Source of the DNA: Dehalococcoidia bacterium | GTDB taxonomy: Bacteria; Chloroflexota; Dehalococcoidia; Lucifugimonadales; G965248475 | Reading direction: 5' to 3' | NCBI GenBank assembly: GCA_965248475.1 | Contig: OZ252106.1 | Coordinates: 101,099-165,098, forward strand | Length of the DNA: 64,000 nt | Shown: positions 11,749-21,522 of the stretch, one piece after another | Layout: every line of letters starts with the position of its first letter | Position numbering within the stretch: position 1 is the first letter of the stretch | Translations under genes and position numbers: made by a program | Notes under the pieces: generated by a model | The model's input: only the letters and a program-made list of their open reading frames with translations | The model's database searches: none | What the model was told of the DNA's origin: nothing

Positions 11749-12663
11749 CTATACGGCAAACAGCGGATTGTTCCTGCTGATCAACCGTTCCTCCCTCATC
11801 AGCGCATCCCGCAAATACTTGGGTAGCGTAAACAGGCCAGCATGCATCGTGCCATCGTAGTAGCGGAGGAGCCGCGTGACGTGGCTATCTAGCCTACCGT
11901 CTATCTCATCAGAAGAGACGCTTCTGGGATCAACGTCTCCGGCCAGAACAAACCCCCAGTATGAACCGAAGGAAGGTATATGCTCCCTGTAAGGAATAAC
12001 GGTAGGGAATACCGAATGTATAGTGTTGTGGACCGCAGTGAGTACCTCCTGATAGTTCAGGGGGCCGGCAGGGCCAGCCTGGACAACCAGCAACCCCCCA
12101 TCATTCAGCCGCTGACGTACCAGAGCGTAGAACTCCTGAGTATACAGCAGATACGCCGGGCCGCCCTCCAGCGGGTCCGGTATGTCAATTATTATTAAGT
12201 CATACCGGGTTGTGTCCTCTTCCAGGTAGCGTAGGGCATCGTCATGGACCAGACGCACACGAGGGTCATGGAAGGCCCCCTGGTGATGGTCAGGAAGATA
12301 CCTCTGGCAAAGCTCCACCACCTCCCGGTCCAGGTCCACCATCACCACACTCTCCACGTTGTCGTGAGAAAGTACCTCGCGCAGAGTGGCGCCTTCACCA
12401 CCGCCGGCAATGAATACAGAGCGCGGGTTATCCAAGCTGGTAAGCCCCGGCTGGACTAGGGCCTCGTGGTAAACGAACTCGTCCGCCTCGGAAGACTGAG
12501 TGCGCCCATCTAGGACAAGGCAACGCCCAAAAGGAATTGTCTCTATGATCTCGACTCGCTGATACCTGGTCACTCCGGAGTAGATGACTCTAGCCAGGTG
12601 AGAGGCAAGGAACAGGTCGGGGGTGATGTACTCGTAGTACCACCTGGTTGGTGGTTCACGCAT
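11749..12663 (-). CDS. speE: spermidine synthase (polyamine aminopropyltransferase)
   Basis: SpeE pattern: ...LVLDGRTQSSEADEFVYHEALV...FIAGGGEGATLREVL...VVMVDLDREVVELC...IIIDIPDP... Confidence 0.9.
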   Translation of the reverse strand: MREPPTRWYYEYITPDLFLASHLARVIYSGVTRYQRVEIIETIPFGRCLVLDGRTQSSEADEFVYHEALVQPGLTSLDNPRSVFIAGGGEGATLREVLSHDNVESVVMVDLDREVVELCQRYLPDHHQGAFHDPRVRLVHDDALRYLEEDTTRYDLIIIDIPDPLEGGPAYLLYTQEFYALVRQRLNDGGLLVVQAGPAGPLNYQEVLTAVHNTIHSVFPTVIPYREHIPSFGSYWGFVLAGDVDPRSVSSDEIDGRLDSHVTRLLRYYDGTMHAGLFTLPKYLRDALMREERLISRNNPLFAV

Positions 12664-12676
12664 GGCTGTAGGAAAC

Positions 12677-13051
12677 CTACAATTGGGCGGTGCCGGCCCG
12701 CTCGGGAATAATGCCCCGCTGAAGCTCAGTCATGGATGTGCTCTGGGCACGAAAACGCTCTACCAGGTATTCCGCCGCCGCCTGTGGGATAAAACTATCA
12801 CCACAGGTGAAAATGTCGATAGCAGCATAGCCATACTCTGGCCAGGTATGGATACACAGGTGAGATTCAGCAATGGCAACCACGCCGGTAACACCAATGG
12901 GGTCAAACTTGTGGAAGGACTCTCCTACAATGGTGGCCCCTACCGATCTGGCCGCCTCCATCATAGTTTCCTTTACGAATTCTAAGTCGTCGAGCAGCTC
13001 TGGGTCGCACTCTTTAAGGTCAAGAATCAGATGGGTTCCTAGCGCATTCAA
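12677..13051 (-). CDS. speH: S-adenosylmethionine decarboxylase proenzyme (small SpeH/SpeD type)
   Basis: GTHLILDLKEC...VAIAESHLCIHTWPE, with the self-cleavage Glu-Ser motif. Sits 13 nt upstream of speE on the same strand. Confidence 0.9.
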   Translation of the reverse strand: MNALGTHLILDLKECDPELLDDLEFVKETMMEAARSVGATIVGESFHKFDPIGVTGVVAIAESHLCIHTWPEYGYAAIDIFTCGDSFIPQAAAEYLVERFRAQSTSMTELQRGIIPERAGTAQL

Positions 13052-13124
13052 ACACCCGCCCTCCCAATTGCATTCAGCAAGAGTGGATTATAAACGTCAG
13101 CGACTACAGAGGCAAGGGTAGCAA

Positions 13125-14171
13125 TCACTGTGGTGACACCCTCAAGCCAAGGGTGGCAACATCCAACCCTTCTTGTAGCAGATCGGCAAATTTCGCTACC
13201 TTGTCCGGGTGGTCCACCGCCACCTCCCCAAACATCGCCTCCAACGCCCGAGCCGTAGATAAAGTATCGCTCTGCACAAGAATCAAGGGGACCTCTTCCT
13301 CACGAGCCTCATGCTCTATGTACTGAATAGGTCTGTGCCCGCCGGTGAGCACCAGGCAGCGAGTTGGTGTAGCCAGCGCAGCCATCTGGATATCTGGCCG
13401 GTCACCTCGCACGATCACCGCCTTGGTGTCACTGCGATTGAAATAGTGGGTGCCCTTGTCCAGCACCATCCCGCCGATCATGAATTGGTCCACCAGTTCG
13501 TCACGCTTCTCTTCCGCAAGCAGGAACTCGCCATCCAGGTGGTCAGATATCTGACCTACGGTGACACCCAGCAGGCGTCTTTCCTCCGGCAGAGTTGCCA
13601 GGACGTTCAGGCCACGTTCCTTCAACGGCTCCACCAGAGCGGGGCCAACCGTATGAGTCCGGTATCGCAGCACCCTATTCACCACCACGCCCAGCAGTCG
13701 GTCCTCCAGGGACCCAGCCGCCTCCGCTACTTGGCCTGGGAAAAGCGTAGGCGTGTAGCGAAGCAGCATCACCACCTGGGCATCCAGAGCTTCCGCCAGA
13801 TCATGGGTAGCCGCCACGGCATCTCCGCCTGCGGTCGTCAAGGACGGCCCCTCCACGATTACATCATCACCCTGCGGGGTCGCACTCTCGACCAGTGACC
13901 GGACACTTTCCAGTGTGGCAGCCGACAGCCCATCTCTAGCCTCGCTGGGATCAATCGGAACGGGCCACTGTTGCGATTGTGATGAGTCCTGAAGCCTGGC
14001 GAAGAGACCCGCATCGATATCCCCACTGCCAGCGGCTTCCCCTTCCCTAATAACAACGGGTTTGATCAGCAGGGGGTTGGCTCCCCGCTGCCTCAAAAGG
14101 TGGGAAAGGCCGGCGCAGAAGGCCGTCTTGCCGTCACCCGGACGCAGGGATGTTACGAGCAGTGTAGTCAC
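13125..14171 (-). CDS. DRTGG-domain protein with BioD/Pta-N-terminal-like P-loop domain
   Basis: N-terminal P-loop-like SLRPGDGKT. C-terminal ...VIVRGDRPDIQMAALATPTRCLVLTGG (DRTGG-type motif). Resembles the non-catalytic N-terminal part of phosphotransacetylases. Confidence 0.75.
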   Translation of the reverse strand: MTTLLVTSLRPGDGKTAFCAGLSHLLRQRGANPLLIKPVVIREGEAAGSGDIDAGLFARLQDSSQSQQWPVPIDPSEARDGLSAATLESVRSLVESATPQGDDVIVEGPSLTTAGGDAVAATHDLAEALDAQVVMLLRYTPTLFPGQVAEAAGSLEDRLLGVVVNRVLRYRTHTVGPALVEPLKERGLNVLATLPEERRLLGVTVGQISDHLDGEFLLAEEKRDELVDQFMIGGMVLDKGTHYFNRSDTKAVIVRGDRPDIQMAALATPTRCLVLTGGHRPIQYIEHEAREEEVPLILVQSDTLSTARALEAMFGEVAVDHPDKVAKFADLLQEGLDVATLGLRVSPQ

Positions 14172-14239
14172 TCAACACTCCGGTGATATCGCTACGGGCA
14201 CAAAAAGCGTCGCCCTGAGGTGGGCGACGGTACGCTGCG

Positions 14240-14314
14240 TGGAGCGGAAGACGGGATTCGAACCCGCGACCTTCTCCTTGGCAAGGAGATGCTCTACCAC
14301 TGAGCCACTTCCGC
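14240..14314 (-). tRNA. tRNA-Gly (anticodon GCC)
   Basis: Reverse complement GCGGAAGTGGCTCAGTGGTAGAGC...TCTCCTTGCCAAGGAGA...GGGTTCGAATCCC...CTTCCGCTCCA. Anticodon loop TTGCCAA. Confidence 0.9.
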
Positions 14315-14350
14315 AAAAGGTCGAACCAACCAATCTTGCCTGTAACCCAA

Positions 14351-14422
14351 TGCCGAGGGGCGGATTCGAACCACCGACACGTGGATTTTCAGTCCACTGC
14401 TCTACCCCTGAGCTACCTCGGC
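14351..14422 (-). tRNA. tRNA-Phe (anticodon GAA)
   Basis: Reverse complement GCCGAGGTAGCTCAGGGGTAGAGC...GGACTGAAAATCC...GGTTCGAATCC...CCTCGGCA. CCA not encoded. Confidence 0.9.
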
Positions 14423-14531
14423 GCTGGCTTCATACTAAGGCAGGCCCATAGGAGTGTCAAGGTAAACTGGCGTAGCGGAGATAGGCGAACAGTTTGAACT
14501 ACCCTCGACCGCCTACTACAATAAGGCCAGC

Positions 14532-14619
14532 GCCGAAGTGGCGGAATGGTAGACGCGACGGTCTCAAAAACCGTTGGGGTGAAGGCCCCGTGCCGGTTCG
14601 AATCCGGCCTTCGGCACCA
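14532..14619 (+). tRNA. tRNA-Leu (anticodon CAA), long variable arm
   Basis: GCCGAAGTGGCGGAATGGTAGACGC...ACGGTCTCAAAAACCGT...variable arm GGGGTGAAGGCCCC...GGTTCGAATCC...CTTCGGCACCA. Confidence 0.9.
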
Positions 14620-14669
14620 AAGCTGAATATGGACATGCGCCCCCCCCGCAAACGAAGGGAGAATCCTGT

Positions 14670-15083
14670 ATGAGAGAAGCAACGGACCACCTGCTCTCCG
14701 AGCTGGTGAAGGTACAGGAGGCCTGTATCTCAAAGGCCGCACAACTTACCAATGAGCACCTGGATAACGAGGTCACTATGGGCACCCGCCAGGTCATCGC
14801 CCGCAACGTCCTGTACATGCTGGTAGGCCACCCGCGGGAGCACAGCGTCCACATCAACAAGATCCTCCAGGCCACCGGTGCCCCCTCAGCCGCACCCACC
14901 GAGGCCCAGATGATCCTCGCTCGGGCCAAGGAGTCCATGGGAGACCTTCTAGGGACATTCGCTCGGCTTGACGACAGCGATCTGGACAGGGAGCAGGAAG
15001 GATATACCCTCCGCGGAATTCTGGAGCACCTTACGCGCGCTCATCAGAACTATCTATCAGCCATCGGAAAAGTCCTCCCGTAG
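14670..15083 (+). CDS. DinB-like four-helix-bundle protein
   Basis: 137 aa with spaced His residues (HL...EHL...HPREHSVH) typical of DinB/DinB_2 metal-binding bundles. Moderate by-eye match only. Confidence 0.6.
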   Translation: MREATDHLLSELVKVQEACISKAAQLTNEHLDNEVTMGTRQVIARNVLYMLVGHPREHSVHINKILQATGAPSAAPTEAQMILARAKESMGDLLGTFARLDDSDLDREQEGYTLRGILEHLTRAHQNYLSAIGKVLP

Positions 15084-15092
15084 AGCCAGAGC

Positions 15093-15575
15093 TTGCAAAG
15101 GCAATTAACCAGGAACCCCACCATGCAAAGGAACTCACATCAATCTTTACGCATCAAGCCTGTTGAATCGGCCCAGGAGATGGAAGCCGCACATGCCCTT
15201 CGTCGGCAGGTGTTTGTTGAGGAGCAGGGCATACCTGCGGACATGGAGATGGACAACAGTGATGCTACCGCGTTCCATGCCATAGCCACACAGGACGGCG
15301 TCGTCGTAGCAACGGGCCGCCTCCTGGCGGATACTCCAGACCAGGGGCTTATCGGGCGCATGGCCGTAGCCGAGTCACTAAGACGCCAGGGCATCGGCGG
15401 CAGCATCCTGGCCTTGCTGGAGGATGAGGCACGTTCCCGTGGCATGACCCACATCACCCTGCACGCCCAAAGCTACGTCAAGGAGTTCTACGCCGTGTGG
15501 GGTTATCAGGAAGAGGGGTACCCTTTCATGGAGGCGGGTATCCAGCACGTACTCATGCGAAAGGCCCTGGTCTAG
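15093..15575 (+). CDS. GNAT family N-acetyltransferase
   Basis: RRQVFVEEQGIP... and the acetyl-CoA motif RRQGIGGSILALLEDEAR. TTG start in the ORF track; the ATG at 15123 is an alternative. Confidence 0.85.
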   Translation: MQRQLTRNPTMQRNSHQSLRIKPVESAQEMEAAHALRRQVFVEEQGIPADMEMDNSDATAFHAIATQDGVVVATGRLLADTPDQGLIGRMAVAESLRRQGIGGSILALLEDEARSRGMTHITLHAQSYVKEFYAVWGYQEEGYPFMEAGIQHVLMRKALV

Positions 15576-15670
15576 TACCGCATCCACAAGGATGTCTTAG
15601 CCCGCTTGGTGGGCGACTTCCTCGATTCCAGCGGTCAAACGTTGTAACGACATTGCGGAGGAGGTATCCG

Positions 15671-16687
15671 ATGAAGGTATACACCGGCCTGGGAGGCTCG
15701 GATCTGCGTGACATACCCGCGGAGGCCCAGCAGGCCGAGGCTATGGGTTTCGATGGCATCTCCTTCGGCGAACTGGCCCACGATGTCTTCCTGATGGCGG
15801 CCATGACACTGGAACATACCAGGCGCTTGAAGGTCGGCACCTCCATCGCCATAGCTTTTCCGCGCAGTCCCATGATAGTGGCCTACACATCCTGGGACCT
15901 CCAGCGTATGTCGGCGGGACGGTTTGAGCTGGGCCTGGGCACCCAGGTCAAGGGCCACAACGAGCGACGGTTCAGCGTGGAATGGACGCCCCCGGCGCCG
16001 CGCATGAGAGAGTACGCCCGGTCGCTCAAGGCTATCTGGAACTGCTGGCAGACCGGTGTGCCCCTGGACTATCAGGGCGAGCACTACTCCTTCACCCTCA
16101 TGACGCCTGAGTTCAACCCGGGCCCCATTGAACATCCCAATATACCCATCTACGCCGCCGCAGTGGGTCCCGCCATGTGCCGGGTGGCTGGAGAGGTATT
16201 CGATGGAGTCCTGCCCCACGGCTTTACCACGCCCAAGTACACTGAGGAGGTAGTACTGCCCATGGTGGAGGAGGGCGCCCGGCGAGCAGGACGCTCCGTA
16301 GAGGACGTCATGATATCCGGCGGCGGCTTCATAGCCACCGGGGCCAATGAGGAGGAGGTGACGCGGGCCAGGGAGACCATCCGGAGGCGCATATCCTTCT
16401 ATGGCTCCACACGCACATACAAGGTGGTGCTGGATAGGCACGAGTGGGGCGACACATGCCTCGCTCTCCATGAAATGTCGCTGAAGGGCCAGTGGGACCA
16501 GATGCCGGGTATTATCACGGACACCATGGTGGACACCTTTTGTATCTCTGGCACCTATGATGAGATAGGCTCCATGCTGAAGGAGCGATACGGTTCCTAC
16601 GCATCCCGCATATCTCTTGGTATGCCCACCGACCCACGCAACAACGACCGTATCGGGGCGCTGATAGACGAGCTACACGCGGAGTAG
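15671..16687 (+). CDS. LLM-class (luciferase-like) F420-dependent oxidoreductase
   Basis: Start chosen at ATG 15671 (MKVYTGLGG...) behind GGAGGAGG; the longer track ORF would overlap the GNAT gene. TIM-barrel LLM pattern ...GFDGISFGELAHD...RFELGLGTQVKGHNERRF... Confidence 0.85.
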   Translation: MKVYTGLGGSDLRDIPAEAQQAEAMGFDGISFGELAHDVFLMAAMTLEHTRRLKVGTSIAIAFPRSPMIVAYTSWDLQRMSAGRFELGLGTQVKGHNERRFSVEWTPPAPRMREYARSLKAIWNCWQTGVPLDYQGEHYSFTLMTPEFNPGPIEHPNIPIYAAAVGPAMCRVAGEVFDGVLPHGFTTPKYTEEVVLPMVEEGARRAGRSVEDVMISGGGFIATGANEEEVTRARETIRRRISFYGSTRTYKVVLDRHEWGDTCLALHEMSLKGQWDQMPGIITDTMVDTFCISGTYDEIGSMLKERYGSYASRISLGMPTDPRNNDRIGALIDELHAE

Positions 16688-16697
16688 GAGGTACGCC

Positions 16698-17009
16698 ATG
16701 GCGCTTAGCCTGATAGCGATGTTCTTCGCAGGCCTTTTTCTGACTAACGGGGTGCCGCACTTCGTCAAAGGGGTGACCGGCCAACGCCACATGACCCCCT
16801 TCGCGAGGAGATCACCGGCAGTGACCAACGTCCTTTGGGCGGCTGCCAACTTCGTTGTAGGTGGCGTGCTGCTATGGTTGGGGTTGGAACAGGACGCACC
16901 GGGAGTGGCCCAGGCCGCGACAGCCGGCGTGGCCGCCTTGCTTATATCCGTGCGTCTTGCCATCATGTGGAGCGACCCGGACGCCCGATTGCCCTGGCAC
17001 AAGGATTGA
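16698..17009 (+). CDS. small hypothetical membrane protein (103 aa)
   Basis: Three hydrophobic helices. 10 nt after the upstream gene and 8 nt before aroK-aroB, so an operon position. Confidence 0.5.
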   Translation: MALSLIAMFFAGLFLTNGVPHFVKGVTGQRHMTPFARRSPAVTNVLWAAANFVVGGVLLWLGLEQDAPGVAQAATAGVAALLISVRLAIMWSDPDARLPWHKD

Positions 17010-17017
17010 TAGGAAGC

Positions 17018-18679
17018 ATGAACAACATCGTCATCACCGGCTTCTCCGGCACCGGCAAGTCCATCGTGGGTAGAGCAGTGGCACGGCTGCTGGGCTGGGA
17101 GTTCATAGACACCGACCAGGAAGTGATTCGCCAGGTGGGTAAGTCCATCGTCCGCATATTTGAGGAGGATGGCGAAGAGGCATTCCGTGCATTGGAACGG
17201 ACGGCGGTGCAGGAGGCGTGTTCCGGAGACAGGCGAGTTGTGTCCACCGGCGGCGGCGGCATCGTAGACCCCGGCAACTTTCAAATTATGAGTACCGCCG
17301 GCTTCCTTGTCTGCCTGGAAGCTACTCCAGCCACGATCTATGCGCGCCTCCAGACCGAGCAAAAGGCCACCTTTGAGGCAGTGGTCAGGCCCATGCTCCA
17401 AAGTGAAAGCCCCCTACAACGTATACGTATGCTCAAAGACCAGCGTGAAGCTACCTACGCCCACGTACGGTGGACCGTACATACGGACGGACTCTCCGTT
17501 GAGGAGGTCGTGCAGGAGGTGCTGAGAGCGTGGCGCAGGTTCTCAGGTAGAGGACCTGTCGACGAAGCGCATCCCTTCGCCGGCGACCAGAACCTGGCGG
17601 CAATGGTAGACACCTCCATGGGCAGCTGCCCCCTGCTGGTGGGCTGGGACCTGATACCGCGTTTGGGAGAGTTGCTGCTTAAGGCTGGCATCCCTGGCCC
17701 CGTGTACCTCGTAAGCGATGACCAGGTCTCAAGCCGGTATGGACGTGCGACCCAGCAGTCCTTTCAGGAGGCCGGCATAGAGGCGCACATATTCACCTTC
17801 CCGTCGGGCGAGGCGAGCAAGTCTCTCTCCATGGCCACGGCGCTCTACACCTGGCTGGCCGAGCGCAGGGCGAGGCGTGGGCATACGCTGATTGCCCTTG
17901 GCGGAGGCGTCACCGGCGACCTGACGGGGTTCGTAGCCGCCACCTACAACCGGGGCATGGCTTTCGTGCAAGTGCCAACCAGCCTGGCTGCCATGGTGGA
18001 CGCATCCATAGGCGGTAAGACGGCCGTGAACCTGCCCCAGGCTAAGAACCTGGTCGGCGCCTTCTATCAGCCCAGCTTGGTAGTGGCCGACGTTGCATCG
18101 CTCCGGACCCTGCCCCATCGCGAGCAGATGGAGGGCTGGGCTGAGGCCATAAAACATGGGCTGATCCTGGATGCCGACCTGTTCCACACATTCGAGACCA
18201 AGGCCGAAGGGCTCCTGGCCCTGGAACCGGAGATCACAACAGACGTCATCCGCAGAAGCATGGCCATCAAGGCCAGCGTCGTCTCCGAGGACGAGCGGGA
18301 GACCACTGGCTATCGCAACCTCCTGAACTACGGCCACACCATAGGCCACGGGCTGGAGGCCGCCACCGAATACGGACGGCTCCTGCACGGAGAGGCCGTG
18401 TCCATCGGCATGATGGGTGCGGCTGCCATAGGACGATGGATGGACGTGACACCTGCGGAGACGGCTGAGCGCCAGGAGGCGGTACTCCGTCGGTTCGACC
18501 TGCCGCTCTCCTGTCCGGACGTTGACCTGGATGCGGTGCAAGCTGCCATGGCCCTGGACAAGAAGGCGGAAGGCGACTCACTGCGGTGGGTGTTGCTTGA
18601 TGATGTGGGGCGCTCCGCAGTACACGGCGACGTCCCGCAGGACGTGGTGCGACAGGCGCTACGTGACTTGGCTCAATAG
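17018..18679 (+). CDS. aroKB: bifunctional shikimate kinase / 3-dehydroquinate synthase (AroK-AroB fusion)
   Basis: Start chosen at ATG 17018 (MNNIVITGFSGTGKS, P-loop of AroK). The C-terminal two-thirds is AroB (GGGVTGDLTGFVAATYNRGMAFVQVPTSLAAMVDASIGGKTAVN). Confidence 0.9.
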   Translation: MNNIVITGFSGTGKSIVGRAVARLLGWEFIDTDQEVIRQVGKSIVRIFEEDGEEAFRALERTAVQEACSGDRRVVSTGGGGIVDPGNFQIMSTAGFLVCLEATPATIYARLQTEQKATFEAVVRPMLQSESPLQRIRMLKDQREATYAHVRWTVHTDGLSVEEVVQEVLRAWRRFSGRGPVDEAHPFAGDQNLAAMVDTSMGSCPLLVGWDLIPRLGELLLKAGIPGPVYLVSDDQVSSRYGRATQQSFQEAGIEAHIFTFPSGEASKSLSMATALYTWLAERRARRGHTLIALGGGVTGDLTGFVAATYNRGMAFVQVPTSLAAMVDASIGGKTAVNLPQAKNLVGAFYQPSLVVADVASLRTLPHREQMEGWAEAIKHGLILDADLFHTFETKAEGLLALEPEITTDVIRRSMAIKASVVSEDERETTGYRNLLNYGHTIGHGLEAATEYGRLLHGEAVSIGMMGAAAIGRWMDVTPAETAERQEAVLRRFDLPLSCPDVDLDAVQAAMALDKKAEGDSLRWVLLDDVGRSAVHGDVPQDVVRQALRDLAQ

Positions 18680-18870
18680 AGCTATCGCACTGAACTCCAT
18701 TCCACTGTCATTCTGAGCGAAGCGAAGAATCTGGGGTGGCGGCTCTGTCCCTTCCCCTGAAGAGGGATGGCACGCCCTGGTGCCCTATCTACACCCGCGC
18801 CAGCGCGCTCACTATCGCTCCAACCGCGGGCGACTATCACAATGAGGATGGTAATACGCCTGAATAGCTC

Positions 18871-19539
18871 CTAGTCTAGTCGACGCAGCAGCACAACGGC
18901 CAGAGCGTAACCTAACAGTACCGGCGGCAGCAACGCCAGATCCACCAGCAGCGTATCTTTCGTGAGCACCCCGGCGATACTCATCGATAAGACAGCCAGG
19001 AGGTCCACCGCGAGGTGGAACAGCCCCTGGCTGCTGCGAAAGGTCTCCCTGCCCCACCGCTGGTTGATCATGAACAGCGCCACCGGCGGCCCAGATAGAG
19101 CTGCGCCACCAAGAAACAGACCGCTAAGAAAACCGGCTGCACCGCTGGCTACCCGCTCCCTACGAATGTTCACGGTATACCCGACCATGAGCAGTACCGC
19201 GAACACCAGCACCAAGGCACCTATGGCCAGGGTCAGCGCATCTTTAGGTACAGACAGGAGGACGTAGGTGCCCAGGGGTATGCCCACAGCTGCTGCACCG
19301 ATTATCGGCAGCACCCGCTGGTACTACAAGTGGGCCCTGCCCTGATACACAATCATGGCGTCCAGCAGCGTGAATAGTGGCACTATGATAGGGACCATCA
19401 GCTTCGGCTCCCACATCAGCAGAAGGAACGGGGCGGCCACCATCGTGAAGCCGAAGGCGGCGGTGCCCTTTACCAGCGCTGCGGCCAGGACGATAACAAC
19501 AGCCGGGATCAGATTGGCGGACTCAACAGCTCCAAACGT
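18871..19539 (-). pseudogene. TauE/SafE-family anion exporter interrupted by an in-frame TAG
   Basis: One continuous frame reads ...LVKGTAAFGFTMVAAPFLLLMW...VYQGRAHL*YQRVLPIIGAAAVGIPLG..., with the TAG at 19324-19326. A GGAGG box precedes an ACG (19537-19539) where a start codon is expected. Confidence 0.65.
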
Positions 19540-19882
19540 GGGGAACCTCCGGTGAACAGAGGTAGAAACGGGAGCTATATTGGCACAGCCTCGCTGGCAG
19601 AAGCAAGGTCAGGGTTGAGCGATAGCACCCTTACTGAGGTGGATTGGCCCCTGTGCCCACACATGACAATACGCGCTTACGCTCACGACTCCACGATCTT
19701 CTTTAGCACATGTCGTGCGCATAGAACTGAGCGCACCGACGATACGGACGCCGTTCGAGGCAGGCCTGTATATATAGTAGAGAGCGCCTTGCCGCGACAG
19801 CCATTTTCAAAGACGGCCTTTCGGGAAACGAGCCTAACATTGCTCTGCTGAGAGAGAGTGTCTACTCAGATGTCACAGAGCC

Positions 19883-21274
19883 GTGTTCGGGTTGTATAAT
19901 GCGGCACCTGCCCAGCGGAAGGATTCCGGCATTAACGACGACGGGAACGCCTTTAATCCAGACCCACAGCGACCTCCGCGCGTGCCACGTACCCGACTCC
20001 TCGGAGTATGGCTGCTTCCCTTCTACTACGGCTGGGTCATCGTCACAGTTGTCTTCGTAGCGGAGTTTGTGGCTGGAGGCGTAGGCACCTTTGCTGTCCC
20101 TCTCTTCTTCAAGCCTATGAGCGAAGAGCTGGGATGGTCGCTGACCCTGATGACCGGTGCGATCACCGCCCAGGCCATCGTTTATGCCGGCGTCTCCCCC
20201 TTCCTGGGGCTGGCGCTCGATCGTTTTGGGGCGCGCCCCGTCATGCTTTTCGGCACAGTTTTCGCCGGTGTCGGTCTAGTCTTGCTAGGAAGGATCCAGG
20301 AAGTTTGGCATTTCTGGCTTCTTTACGCTGGGGTGGGTGCCCTTGGGCTACATGAGCTGGGTGGGTTCACGGGCCCGGTCCTGATCACCAAGTGGTTCGT
20401 ACGACTCAGAGGCCGCGCCATGGCCTTCGCTACCATGGGGACCACGCTCGGGGCCATGGTTATGACTCCCGTGCTCGGCTTCCTCATCACTACCAGAGGA
20501 TGGCGGGAAACGTGGGTCCTCATGGGCATCATGGTGATCACGGTAATGGTGCCGTTGACGCTGCTCTTTGTACGAAGACAACCGGAAGATATGGGTCTTC
20601 AACCCGACGGGGGGCCATCAGCGATTGAGTTGGTTGACGAGGGGCCGGGATCGGAGCGGCGTGACGCACCAGATGAAGTCTCCTGGACGTTGAAGGAGGC
20701 AATGCAGACCCGAACTCTGTGGATGACTGTCGTTTCGATGAACTTGGTGAGCCTCTCGGCTACCCTCATTGTCATCCACCTAGTCCCATTCCTAACGCTG
20801 CAGCAGGGGATGTCGGCCCAGGCCGCCAGCCTTGTTGTTTCCCTTCGATTGGCCGCATCTTCGATTTCCAGGCTGGTGTGGGGCTTTGCTGTGGACAGGT
20901 TCCGCATCAAACATTGCCTGGCGGTGGCGTTCCTCTCACGAGCAATACACCCGTTGGCCTTAATACTTCTTCCGTACCCGTTGAATGTGGTGGTGCTGGT
21001 AGCCACAAGCATCACCGGTGGAGGGTTCCAGGTGCTCCAGCCTTTGGCCTTCGCGAACTACTATGGACGGCGCCATAGCGGAGCTATTATGGGGGCGATG
21101 CGTCCTATCCTTACTGTATCTTCCCTCCTCGGGCCGCTCTTTGTATCAGCCGTATTTGACCTCACCGGCACCTTTAACATGGGTTTCCTTGTCGCCGGTG
21201 GACTAGGCCTATTGAGCGTTGGCGTGGTGTTATTGGCGAATCCGCCGCGGAAAAGGGATGAATTATCAATCTAG
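19883..21274 (+). CDS. MFS transporter
   Basis: About 12 predicted TM helices. Loop motif ...GLALDRFGARPVMLFG... typical of MFS (oxalate/formate-antiporter-like). GTG start. Confidence 0.85.
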   Translation: MFGLYNAAPAQRKDSGINDDGNAFNPDPQRPPRVPRTRLLGVWLLPFYYGWVIVTVVFVAEFVAGGVGTFAVPLFFKPMSEELGWSLTLMTGAITAQAIVYAGVSPFLGLALDRFGARPVMLFGTVFAGVGLVLLGRIQEVWHFWLLYAGVGALGLHELGGFTGPVLITKWFVRLRGRAMAFATMGTTLGAMVMTPVLGFLITTRGWRETWVLMGIMVITVMVPLTLLFVRRQPEDMGLQPDGGPSAIELVDEGPGSERRDAPDEVSWTLKEAMQTRTLWMTVVSMNLVSLSATLIVIHLVPFLTLQQGMSAQAASLVVSLRLAASSISRLVWGFAVDRFRIKHCLAVAFLSRAIHPLALILLPYPLNVVVLVATSITGGGFQVLQPLAFANYYGRRHSGAIMGAMRPILTVSSLLGPLFVSAVFDLTGTFNMGFLVAGGLGLLSVGVVLLANPPRKRDELSI

Positions 21275-21522
21275 GAGGCAATGGCACAACTTGCTATTCC
21301 TGGCCAATTGGAAAGTCCAGGTGAAGACAATACAGCCTCCAGCATCTGATGCGGACTCTGCCGAAATGCTCCATTTAGCATCACAGTGCTATTTAGCTAC
21401 TCTGAATCCCGCATAAAGTCGTTAAAACGGCTCTTCCAGCCCAAACTAACTCAAAAGGCGATCTGCTCTCTGCCCCGTTATGCTACAGTCCGACGACGCT
21501 GGAATTCCGGCGATTCTATTCT

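Noticed and set aside
15497-17017. Longer N-terminal extensions offered by the ORF track for the LLM oxidoreductase (15497) and aroK-aroB (16835).
   Set aside because: The extensions overlap upstream genes, are Arg/Gly/Pro-rich, and conserved N-termini with good Shine-Dalgarno boxes occur at 15671 and 17018.
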